Positions 18,687-27,852 of a stretch of DNA of 64,000 nt are shown here, piece after piece. Every line of letters starts with the position of its first letter. Position 1 is the stretch's first letter. Position numbers and translations under genes: made by a program. The notes below the pieces were generated by a model that ran no database searches, was not told where the DNA came from, and saw only the letters and a list, made by a program, of their open reading frames with translations. This DNA comes from Candidatus Latescibacterota bacterium. GTDB taxonomy: Bacteria > Latescibacterota > UBA2968. The stretch lies in assembly GCA_965204745.1 (NCBI GenBank), contig OZ242010.1, forward strand, positions 4,992,001 through 5,056,000, given 5' to 3'.

Positions 18687-20423
18687 ATGACCTATTTGAA
18701 AAAAATTCGAGAGGCTCAAACACTTGTGGATGTCGCGCATATCCTCGGTGTACAGCCTAAAACAGTTTCATACCTGCTGTATATTCTAGCAGAAGCAACA
18801 AGGTACCGATCCTTTGAAATCCCAAAACGTAATGGCGGTAAGCGACTAATTAACGCGCCCGAACCTCGGTTGAAAATGGTACAGAGACGATTAGCGAACG
18901 TACTCTACGGATGCGTCGCTGAAGCTGAGAAAGACGCTCCATCACGCCGCCCACTCGCGCACGGCTTTGCACCCCGCCGCTCAATCTTCACCAATGCTTC
19001 CGTACATAAAAATCGCCGCTATGTGCTGAACTTGGACCTTGAAGACTTTTTTCCTTCACTCAATTTCGGACGTGTTCGCGGCTTCTTTATCAAGGATAAG
19101 CGTTTTAAGTTGAATGAGAAAGTAGCGACAGTCATTGCACAAATTGCGTGTCATAATAACGAGTTACCGCAGGGCAGTCCGTGTTCCCCGATCATCTCAA
19201 ATTTGCTCGGGCATCTGCTTGATGTGCGCCTCGTTCGATTGGCAGGAAAATATAAATGCACCTATTCGCGCTATGCCGACGACATCACTTTTTCTACGAA
19301 CCTCAAGGATTTCCCCCCTGCATTAGCAAAACAAAATCCTGAAAAACCTCAGCATTGGGAACTCGGCTGGCCTTTAGTGAAAGAGATACAAGATGCTGGT
19401 TTCAAAGTAAATAACGACAAAACACGAATGCAACTACGTGGATCAAGGCAAGAGACGACCGGTCTGATTGTCAACCAAAAAGTCAACATCAGATCTGAAT
19501 ATTATCGAAAAGCACGCGCAATATGCCATCAACTGTTTTCAACAGGGAGCTATTACATATCCGATCCTGAAAATCCCTTGGAGAACTTAAACAAAATTGA
19601 AGGCATTCTGAGTCATATACATTACATAAAAGATCTCGCTGATATGAGACCAGAAACAGAAAAAAAGAAATACGCGATTCGGAAATTGTATAAAAATTTT
19701 CTGTTCTATAAGCATTTTGTGGCGTTGGAAAAACCATTGATCGTAACTGAAGGAAAAACCGATCCTATGTATTTACGCCCTGCAATCAGGAAATTGACAA
19801 AATATCATCCACGGCTAGGTGCGTTTGTCGATGGCAAATTTTCAAGTGCTGTCCGCTTCCTGGGACATTCAGGCACAATTGACAGAGTACTTGAACTTGG
19901 CGGTGGTGCTAGCCATTTCAAACAATTTATCCTAACCTACGAAAAGACTATCAATTCGTTCAAATTCAGACCACTTGCACATCCTGTGATTATCCTGATC
20001 GATAACGATGACGAAGGAGAAAAGGTCTTTAAAAACAAAAAAATCAACATCATATTCAAGCGTGGAATTTCACTCAAAACCTCTGAACCGTTCTATTATC
20101 TTCACGAGAACCTATATCTTGTAAAGACGCCTGAGAACATTGTAAATTCTCAACCCTCCAAGTCCTGTATCGAACATCTGTTTGAGCCCAAGTTACTTAA
20201 AACCTGTATAGATGGAAAAACATTTGGTCTTTCAAAGAAGCACAATACAGACAAGAAGCACAATAAGGACAGCAATACGTACTCAAAAACCGTTTTTGCT
20301 AAAAAGGTAGTTATACCAAATGCCGATAAAATTGATTTTTCAGGATTCGAGAAATTGTTGGATCGTATTGTGGCAGTCATAGATGATTACGAGCAACAAA
20401 AACCTCAGTCCGCAAATTCGTAA
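18687..20423 (+). CDS. Retron reverse transcriptase fused to a TOPRIM nuclease (Ec67-like)
   Basis: Region X NASVH, DLEDFFP, LPQGSP, YADD, region Y TTGLIVN; C-terminal TEGKTD...IDND TOPRIM motifs. Confidence 0.93.
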   Translation: MTYLKKIREAQTLVDVAHILGVQPKTVSYLLYILAEATRYRSFEIPKRNGGKRLINAPEPRLKMVQRRLANVLYGCVAEAEKDAPSRRPLAHGFAPRRSIFTNASVHKNRRYVLNLDLEDFFPSLNFGRVRGFFIKDKRFKLNEKVATVIAQIACHNNELPQGSPCSPIISNLLGHLLDVRLVRLAGKYKCTYSRYADDITFSTNLKDFPPALAKQNPEKPQHWELGWPLVKEIQDAGFKVNNDKTRMQLRGSRQETTGLIVNQKVNIRSEYYRKARAICHQLFSTGSYYISDPENPLENLNKIEGILSHIHYIKDLADMRPETEKKKYAIRKLYKNFLFYKHFVALEKPLIVTEGKTDPMYLRPAIRKLTKYHPRLGAFVDGKFSSAVRFLGHSGTIDRVLELGGGASHFKQFILTYEKTINSFKFRPLAHPVIILIDNDDEGEKVFKNKKINIIFKRGISLKTSEPFYYLHENLYLVKTPENIVNSQPSKSCIEHLFEPKLLKTCIDGKTFGLSKKHNTDKKHNKDSNTYSKTVFAKKVVIPNADKIDFSGFEKLLDRIVAVIDDYEQQKPQSANS

Positions 20424-20446
20424 CCATACATCTTCCTGTCTATACC

Positions 20447-21430
20447 TCATCCCCGCCGCTGATTTTTCGCCTTTTCTCTAGTCTTGAGAAAGAACTGCTC
20501 ATCTCGGCGATATTGCTCAATAAGCCAATCCACAAATGTCTGACTATATTGACTGGGAGAGCCTGGGACTTTCCCTTTATAGAAATACTCAGGCTTGGAC
20601 TTTATCTTATATATTTTGTTGACGCACTGGATGTCGTAGGAATTTACCGATGATAGCCCCTCCATTTTCAAATGCTCAATTACTTCTTTCTGGCGTAAGG
20701 GATGTGATACGCTGGGATCTTTGGGAACCGTTACGATTTGAGTAGGTTCGCTATCGCCCGATCCCGACGAAAGTACTATATCCGCATCATCGGGTTTTTT
20801 CGTAAGTACCAGTTTGTACTCAATTCCAATTGAAAATTGAGTAGAGTGTTGAAGTTGGTCAAATTCCCGTTTGAGGTCTGCACAATATTTGGCAAGAAAT
20901 GTGGCTGCCTCCTGTCCGAGTTGTTTCCGCAGACGCTTGTCGGTCATGTCCAACTGCTCGGGGCCCATGTCATACACGATACTCATCATTCCTACAGGAA
21001 CCCGATCTGACAACGATATGCCAAACCACTCTTTCAGGCAACTATGGTAGTTGATCACGCCCGCTTGAAAAAGACCTATCACCTCGCGGGGAATCTGACT
21101 GATTACAAGATGGACCGATTCATCGCGCAGTTCAGCGACGCACTCTATGTTTCGCCGAATTGGGGCTTTCTCATTTGGCATAACTCGCTTCAAACACTCC
21201 CTTAATGAAAGCGTCTGCCCTTCTTTTCCCCTCTTATCAATCTTGCCTTTGTCATCCAAAATTTTTGCCTTCAACAGCAATTCCCAAGCGTTGCAAATCA
21301 GATAACAGAACGTTTCGAGACGATATTGTATTGTAAGCCTATTGATCGTTTCCAATGCGAGGATGTACGCCTCGAAGCTCTTATCAACCAAACTCTTTTT
21401 CAGATCAAATTTTTCACTCTGATTTTTCAT
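20447..21430 (-). CDS. DUF3644-like (HEPN-type) protein
   Basis: KS.EA..LA.E..N....YR.E.F......AWELLLKA, and LRDESVH (RxxxxH). Confidence 0.75.
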   Translation of the reverse strand: MKNQSEKFDLKKSLVDKSFEAYILALETINRLTIQYRLETFCYLICNAWELLLKAKILDDKGKIDKRGKEGQTLSLRECLKRVMPNEKAPIRRNIECVAELRDESVHLVISQIPREVIGLFQAGVINYHSCLKEWFGISLSDRVPVGMMSIVYDMGPEQLDMTDKRLRKQLGQEAATFLAKYCADLKREFDQLQHSTQFSIGIEYKLVLTKKPDDADIVLSSGSGDSEPTQIVTVPKDPSVSHPLRQKEVIEHLKMEGLSSVNSYDIQCVNKIYKIKSKPEYFYKGKVPGSPSQYSQTFVDWLIEQYRRDEQFFLKTREKAKNQRRG

Positions 21431-21505
21431 AATCTATCGCCTCCTGACTCGCCCCATAGATTCCTTTTGATTGCCACAATTTACCCATACAAGCACAAAA
21501 GGGAA

Positions 21506-21555
21506 AACGAAAAAAGCCTCTTGATTTACCCCTCTTTGAGGGCTATCTTCAAAGC
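21506..21555 (+). promoter_or_regulatory. Sigma70-like promoter, copy 2 of the 50-bp direct repeat
   Basis: 49/50 identical to 16843-16892; upstream of the R-M gene. Confidence 0.75.
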
Positions 21556-21621
21556 GTGCAAAACAAAAGGTCGTGAACGCTGAACATTCACGGCCTTCTT
21601 ACTTTTTATCCGGAGGTAGTT

Positions 21622-24600
21622 GTGCCGACTTTTGCTTTGGAACAGATAGAAGGCCAGCGATCAGCGCGGCGGGGGCGGGCGTCGGAGCGGTTGTTCAATG
21701 AGGCGTTGGCGCGTGCGTTGCAACAGACATCAGCGCGATGGAAGGGTTCGTCCGATGATTGGTTTTTGGTGGAACAGACGAATACGCTCGAGGAGTCCGC
21801 GAGTCTGTGTCCCGATATTTTGTTGCGCGATGAGGAATTGCCACCGCTGGTGATTGAAACGTCGTATCAGGGCGCGGATGCCGATGGGGATGCGGAAGCG
21901 CGTTTGGGAAAAAAAACGATTTCCGATGGCTTGGAGATCAACACGGCGTTGGCCGTGTGGATTCCGGCTCGGTTTCGCAACCTTTCCGTGAAAGAAAGCA
22001 CAGAAGCCTTGTATGCACATGCCCTAAAATACACCTTGTTTCAGCGTCTGCCATCGGCCGGAGATACGCGGCGGTTTCCCGCGGGCGGTTATTTGGAGGG
22101 CACGGTTTTCGATTTGAGTGCCTTGTTGACCGCGGCTGTGTTGCCAAAAGAATGGGTGGATGTCGAAACGGATGAAGTGGCGAAAATGGTGGAGCAGGCG
22201 GCGTCTCGGTTGGAACGCGGGTTGTCGCAAGCGCGGCAATTAGAACTGGCCTCGGTCGTCTATCAGCGCACGCCATTGAAGGGCCTGCGAACCACGATGG
22301 TGCTGTGGTTAAACGCCCTGTTGACGCAACAACGCCTGTACAGGCAAGAAGTCGCGGGCATCCCCGCACTTCCCTTTGCGGATTTGCAGACAGACCCTGT
22401 GGCACAGGCGAAGGTGTGGCGGGCGATTTTGGCATTGAATTGGCGGTCTATTTCCGAGCCTGCGGTCGATGTTTTGGATCGATCATTGGGCATGGACTTG
22501 CGAGCCACAGCGGATTCATTGGGCTTGCTCATGCAGGCGGTTCGGCGCATGGAATTGGCGCGTTTGGGGCCGCATGTGCATGTCGGCGCAGAGTTGTTTC
22601 CCAAATTGAGCGAGGATCGAAAGCGAGCCGCCGCGTTTTACACGCAACCGCCAACCGCTGAATTGCTGGCGGGCTTGACGATTCGCCCATCGGATTTGTC
22701 CGCAAGCGAATGGCAATGCGAGGACTTGTTTCGACGCCATTTCTTGGGCGATTTGGCCTGTGGCACGGGCACGCTTCTGCGCGCGGGTTATCAGCGCGTT
22801 CAAGCCCTTCACGAGCGGGCAGGCGGCGATCTCGCTTCGGTTCGGGGCTTGCACCGGGGCGCGATGGAAACCGGGTTGGTGGGCACGGATGTATCGCCCA
22901 TTGCCACGCATTTGTCCTCTTCCTCATTGGCGGCGATTGGCTTAGGCGAGCCGTATGGCGATACAAAAATCGGTTGGGTCGATGTGGGCGGTAGCGATGG
23001 GACTATCGCCGGCGTAAAGACCGGGGCATTGGAGTTTTTCGGTGCGAATGCGATAGGCGATTTGTTCACGCAACAGTTCGGTCAATCCACAGGCGCGGCG
23101 CAAGGCGGGGATGTGACCAAGCATTCCGTGGTGGTAGAGGCGTATAGCTTGGACTGGGTGCTGATGAATCCGCCTTATTCGCGGACGCGCGGAGGACAAT
23201 CGCATTTGACATCGGGGGATTGAGTTCCGCAGAGCGCAGGGCATGCCAAACGCGGTGGGGGCAGTTGGTTCAGGGAGAACCGGTGAACCGAAAAGCGGGT
23301 ATGGCCGCTTCCTTTCTCGCCCTTGCCAGCAAAAAGGTGAAATACGGCGGGCGCATCGGATTCGTCTTGCCCTTGACCGCGGCATTTGCGGATTCGTGGG
23401 CCATCACAAGAAAAATGATCGAGCGAGATTTTGAGGATATTACAGCGGTTGTGGTATCCGCGGGGCAGGCATTGGGAAAAAAGGCGTTGTCGGCAGATAC
23501 GAACATGGAAGAGATGTTGTTGGTGGCAAAACGGCGGCGGTTGGAAGATACACAGCGCGAAGGTGGGGATGCCCCGGCCCCGATTCACTGCGCGACATTG
23601 CGAAGACCACCTGCGCGTTTGGGCGAGGCAGGCGAAATTGCGCGGGCCATTCTAGTCGCATTAGATGGGATTGGCGGCGCGGGTTCTACCCGGCCGATTT
23701 TTTTAGGCGATGAGGAAATCGGCCATGTTGCGGTCTTTGCCGCGGGCGGGGAAGGCGCGCCTTGGGGGCCGTTGGGCGTGGTGCATTCAGAACTCGCGTT
23801 CCTCGACGACGCGCTTTGTCGTGGAACCCTGCATCCCATTGGCAAAGCTCCAATTGCCCTGGGCGTGGAGATGGCAACCATTGACGAAGTGTTCGCCGTG
23901 GGGCCAACGCATCATATCATCGGGCATTTGCGAGGAAACGCGCCTATAGGCGCGTTTGAGTTTTACCCCGTGCGCTCTTCCTCTGACGCCATCGGCACGG
24001 ACCGCGCGCTGTGGGCGGCAGACAGCAAAACGCAATATCAACTCCTCGTCGATCCGACCCACAAGGGAAGCACCATCCGCGATGGCGGATCTGACCAGTT
24101 CCGGGAAGATATGCGTCGCCGGAGCGGCACCCTGTTCTATGCCCGCGGCTTGCGCTGGACCTCTCAAGCCCTGTTGGCGACCATGACGCGGTTTCCCGCG
24201 ATGGGGGGCAGGTCTTGGACGAGTCTGGGGCATGTTGATGAGCGCGTATGTCGGGCAGGGGCATTGTGGTTCAACGCCACCTTTGGCTTGCTCATCCAAT
24301 GGACGCGAGGACAGCGAACCCAAACGGGCCGCTCAACAGTGCAGATCGGAGCCATCAAGAAAATCCCCTGCCCGCGGCTGGACACACTCGACGATGCCGC
24401 CCTCAACCGCGCTTCGGAGGCGTTCAATCGCTTATCCGCAAAACCGTTGCGCCCCACTTGTCAATCCCACGCCGATGCCGCCCGCCATGAAATCGACGCG
24501 GCGGTGGCTGATATGCTTGGATTGCATCCGTCAATCCTCAACGATTTGGAGGTCTTGCGCCGATTGTGGTGCGAGGAGCCATCCGTGCATGGCAACAATC

Positions 24601-24635
24601 AAACCGCCCTTCGCTTGCTAGAGGAAACCGCGTGA
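21622..24635 (+). pseudogene. Fused restriction-modification enzyme (type IIG-like N6-adenine MTase), split by a 1-bp frameshift
   Basis: N-terminal PD..E nuclease-like motif, FYT, DLACGTG (motif I) and NPPY (motif IV). Adding one base near 23202 reads NPPYSRTRGGQSAFDIGGLSSAERR into ORF 23220-24635. RBS ggagg. Confidence 0.8.
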
Positions 24636-24857
24636 CCCCTCCCCGTATCCGCTCTGATTCGGGGAGAAGTTATTCCCCCTTGTATCTTTGGGCGACGCCC
24701 CTACACTTGCCGCTCGCCTTTGAACGGGTTGTCGCCAGTTGTACCTCGCAATGGGCGGAGCGAATAATGGAGGCCAAGGGGGAGGCCAATTTGGGTTGAA
24801 AGTATCCGTCATTCGCCCTATTTTGCCTCGTCATTCAAAAGCATGGGATGCGCCCCA

Positions 24858-26837
24858 ATGGCTCTAAAATCCGACATATCTTCCGAACCTCGGCCCGATG
24901 TGCGAGACCGGGGCATCACGTTGCGCGCGGTGGTGCTCGGGATCTTGACCATCGCGCTCATGACCATCTACATCACGCATTTTGCGTGGAACATGATCAA
25001 AAACTACATGCCCGTATCCGCGTTGCTCCCCTTTGTCGCGTGGGTCGGCATCAACGCAGTCTTGAAACTCGTCGCGCCCAACCGCGCCTTGTCCCGCACG
25101 GAAATGTTGACCATCTTCTTCATGGTCTGGCTCGTGGGCAATTTGCCGACGACCGGCTGGGCAGGCTATCTCTTGGGCAACATCTCGGCCCCGGCGCACC
25201 TCGCGTCGCCGGAAAACCGCGTGGGCGACGTCATCGCGCCCCTGTTGCCGGACTGGCTCTTTTTGAAAAACTCGCCTGTGGTCATCGGGCAACTCTACGC
25301 GGGCTTGGACGCGCATACGCCGATTCCGTGGCAACCGTGGGCGCGGCCGCTCTTTTGGTGGACCGCCGGGTGCTTGTCCGTGGTCATGGCCGGGTTCTTT
25401 TGCAGCGTCTTGTTCTTCAAGCAGTGGCATGAAAACGAACGCCTCACCTTTCCCATGGCCACCTTCCCCACGGACCTGTTGCGCGAAGCGCCGGGCTACC
25501 GCCTGCCCGTCGTGTTCCACGCGCCCCTGTTCTGGGTGGGGTTTGGGATCTCGGCCTTTGTGATCTGCTGGAATGTCGCGGGGTATTTCGTCCACACCTT
25601 GCCCCACATTCCCCTGTACGACCACTTTCGGCAAATGGCCGTGTCCATCGGCTACCACTATCCGGACTACTACTTGCGCGTGCAACCCCTCATCATGGGC
25701 TTGGCCTACTTGTGCCCGCTCGACCTGCTCTTCAGCTTCTGGTTTTACAACGCGCTCAACATCCTCAAAGAAGGCATGATGAACCAAATCGGCCTGACCG
25801 TGGGCTTGCAGGGACAACGAGCCACCCCGGTCGAAATACTCGGACTGGAATCCCACGGCGCCCTCGTCTTCCTCGTGGGATGGTCCTTGTGGGTCTCGCG
25901 CAACCACCTCAAAGCCACCCTGCAACGCGCCATGACAAACGACCGCACAGCAGACGACGGCGCGCCCGTCACCTATCGCACGGCTTGGCTCGGGCTCATC
26001 GCTTCGGTCGTCTTTCTCGGCGGCTGGTGCATGGCCGCGGGCATGGAATTGTGGGCCACCTGCGTGCAACTCGTGCTGATGTTCGTCGCCCTGTTCGGCG
26101 TCGCCAAATACGCCGCGGCCACCGGCTTCACGTTCTTATCCCCCGGCGGCACCGGCGGCCTGGGCGCGGACAAGGGCGGAACGATGTGGATGCAGATGGG
26201 CGGCACGGCCAACATGTCCCCCGGCACCTTGACCACTATTTGGATGATCAACCGCAATGGCTTTGCCGGCATGCCCATTCGCCTCACCGCGACCATGTCC
26301 GTCCCCCACTACTTCCGCATGCTCGGCCATCGCCTCACGCGACACCCCTGGATCTGGGCGATCATCCCCATCGCCTATCTCGCGGGTTGCGCCGCGACCG
26401 CCAGCGATTCCCTGTATCGCAGCTACGCGGACGGCGGCATGAACGGCCCCTTGTACTTGGGCGATTGGGGGCATCTCGTGCGCTTAGTGCCCTACATCGA
26501 GGGCAGCACCATCCGCTATTTCGACATCGAAAAATTGGGCGTATGGTCGTGGGGATTCGCCCTTGCCGGCCTGCTGACCGCCATCCGCACACGCTTTTCA
26601 TGGTGGCCCTTTCACCCGGTCGCCATAGCCTTTCCCACGCGCCGCTACGGCTTTAGCCTGCTCATCGTCTGGGCGAGCAAAACCCTGGTCATGCGCTATG
26701 GCGGCGTCGCCCGCTACCGCCAATCCCTCCCCTTCTGGTACGGCCTCATGGTCGGCTACCTATTCGGCGTCGGCGTCTCCACCTGTGTCGACGCAATCTG
26801 GTTCCCCAGCGAAGGCCATTTTGTGCATGGATGGTGA
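24858..26837 (+). CDS. DUF6785/DUF6784-like polytopic membrane protein
   Basis: Many TM segments, QW...ERL.FP, WWPFHP, and PF..GL..G...D....P..GH..H.W C-terminus; paralog at 35136. Confidence 0.75.
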   Translation: MALKSDISSEPRPDVRDRGITLRAVVLGILTIALMTIYITHFAWNMIKNYMPVSALLPFVAWVGINAVLKLVAPNRALSRTEMLTIFFMVWLVGNLPTTGWAGYLLGNISAPAHLASPENRVGDVIAPLLPDWLFLKNSPVVIGQLYAGLDAHTPIPWQPWARPLFWWTAGCLSVVMAGFFCSVLFFKQWHENERLTFPMATFPTDLLREAPGYRLPVVFHAPLFWVGFGISAFVICWNVAGYFVHTLPHIPLYDHFRQMAVSIGYHYPDYYLRVQPLIMGLAYLCPLDLLFSFWFYNALNILKEGMMNQIGLTVGLQGQRATPVEILGLESHGALVFLVGWSLWVSRNHLKATLQRAMTNDRTADDGAPVTYRTAWLGLIASVVFLGGWCMAAGMELWATCVQLVLMFVALFGVAKYAAATGFTFLSPGGTGGLGADKGGTMWMQMGGTANMSPGTLTTIWMINRNGFAGMPIRLTATMSVPHYFRMLGHRLTRHPWIWAIIPIAYLAGCAATASDSLYRSYADGGMNGPLYLGDWGHLVRLVPYIEGSTIRYFDIEKLGVWSWGFALAGLLTAIRTRFSWWPFHPVAIAFPTRRYGFSLLIVWASKTLVMRYGGVARYRQSLPFWYGLMVGYLFGVGVSTCVDAIWFPSEGHFVHGW

Positions 26838-27106
26838 AAAGCGGATCGCGGATTACGCGGATTACGCGGATGAAGGCCGAGAAAAGCGAGCGCCAGCACG
26901 CGCAAGCACGGAGTTGGGCGGACGTCTCCCGTCTCACCTCTTACCGAAGGGGGTTGGGCGGGGCGGACTGACAACTGATCTCTTAATCGGGATAGCGCAG
27001 TTGCCTTCTCCCGTCTTGCGTCTTGCGTCTCCCGTCTCACCTCTTACCGAAGGGCGGTTGGGGATGGGCGGACTGACTACTGACAACTGACCACCGGAGC
27101 CCTCCC

Positions 27107-27838
27107 ATCGACTTTCCCATACGCGAAATAGGCTATGCGAGCGGCATCTTTTGGATCGCGGGTAGTTTGCAGGGGTTGACCGGATTTGGGTTCAACCTGT
27201 TGTCCGTGCCCGCGCTGGTCTTGTGGTTTCCCGCGCAGGTGGTCGTGCCCGGGGTATTGATGTCGTATTTGCCCTTGGGCATCGGGCAGTTTGTGCAACT
27301 GCGGCGCGATGTGGATTGGCGCGTGCTCGGCACCATTGTGGGCAGCGCGATTGTGGGCATGCCCTTGGGGGCGTTCTCGTTGCGCGATACAGATGCCGAA
27401 GTGATGAAACGCGCGATTGGGTTGGCAATGGTGGGATTGGCGATTGTATTGCAAGTGCGCCCGGGCCGCCCGTTTCAGCGCGGCGAGGCAACTTGTCTGG
27501 GCGTGGGCGCGTTCAGTGGGTTTTTGTCGTCGAGCATTGGCGTGTCCGGCCCGCCGCTGGTCTTGTTCGGCCTGAAACAACGCTGGCCCCACGCGATGAT
27601 GCGCGCCACGCTTTTGACCTGCTTTTTGTGTACGTCCGCGCTGAGTTTGGGCGCATTGTGGCTGGTGGGCGTTGCGACATTTGAGAGCGTGCAATTCGTC
27701 CTTTGGGGCGCGCCGGGCTTGGTGTTGGGATTTGTAACCGCGACGTACCTCCGCAGGCGCGTTCACCGCGTCGCCGCGTTTCGCTGGATTTCAATCGGCA
27801 TGGTCATGGCCGGCGGATTGGCCGCGGCGATTTTTTAG
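27107..27838 (+). CDS. Sulfite exporter TauE/SafE family membrane protein
   Basis: [10 protein letters not shown] and G..SG....G..GPP; the frame is open upstream of the called TTG to an RBS-preceded ATC at 27107. Confidence 0.8.
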   Translation: MDFPIREIGYASGIFWIAGSLQGLTGFGFNLLSVPALVLWFPAQVVVPGVLMSYLPLGIGQFVQLRRDVDWRVLGTIVGSAIVGMPLGAFSLRDTDAEVMKRAIGLAMVGLAIVLQVRPGRPFQRGEATCLGVGAFSGFLSSSIGVSGPPLVLFGLKQRWPHAMMRATLLTCFLCTSALSLGALWLVGVATFESVQFVLWGAPGLVLGFVTATYLRRRVHRVAAFRWISIGMVMAGGLAAAIF

Positions 27839-27852
27839 GCAGAAGGAAAATA

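Noticed and set aside
20235-20270. 18-bp tandem duplication (KKHNTD KKHNKD) in the retron C-terminus
   Set aside because: In-frame and in a probable loop, with no evidence of functional significance
18687-20423. RT as a DGR or group II intron enzyme driving the adhesin hypervariability
   Set aside because: Retron regions X and Y, a TOPRIM fusion and an msr/msd are present; no avd, template repeat or maturase domain was seen
26840-27850. SAM, SAH or cobalamin riboswitch upstream of tauE-metH
   Set aside because: The region consists of heptamer/9-mer modules and coding sequence; I could not recognise a riboswitch consensus, and a covariance-model search would be needed
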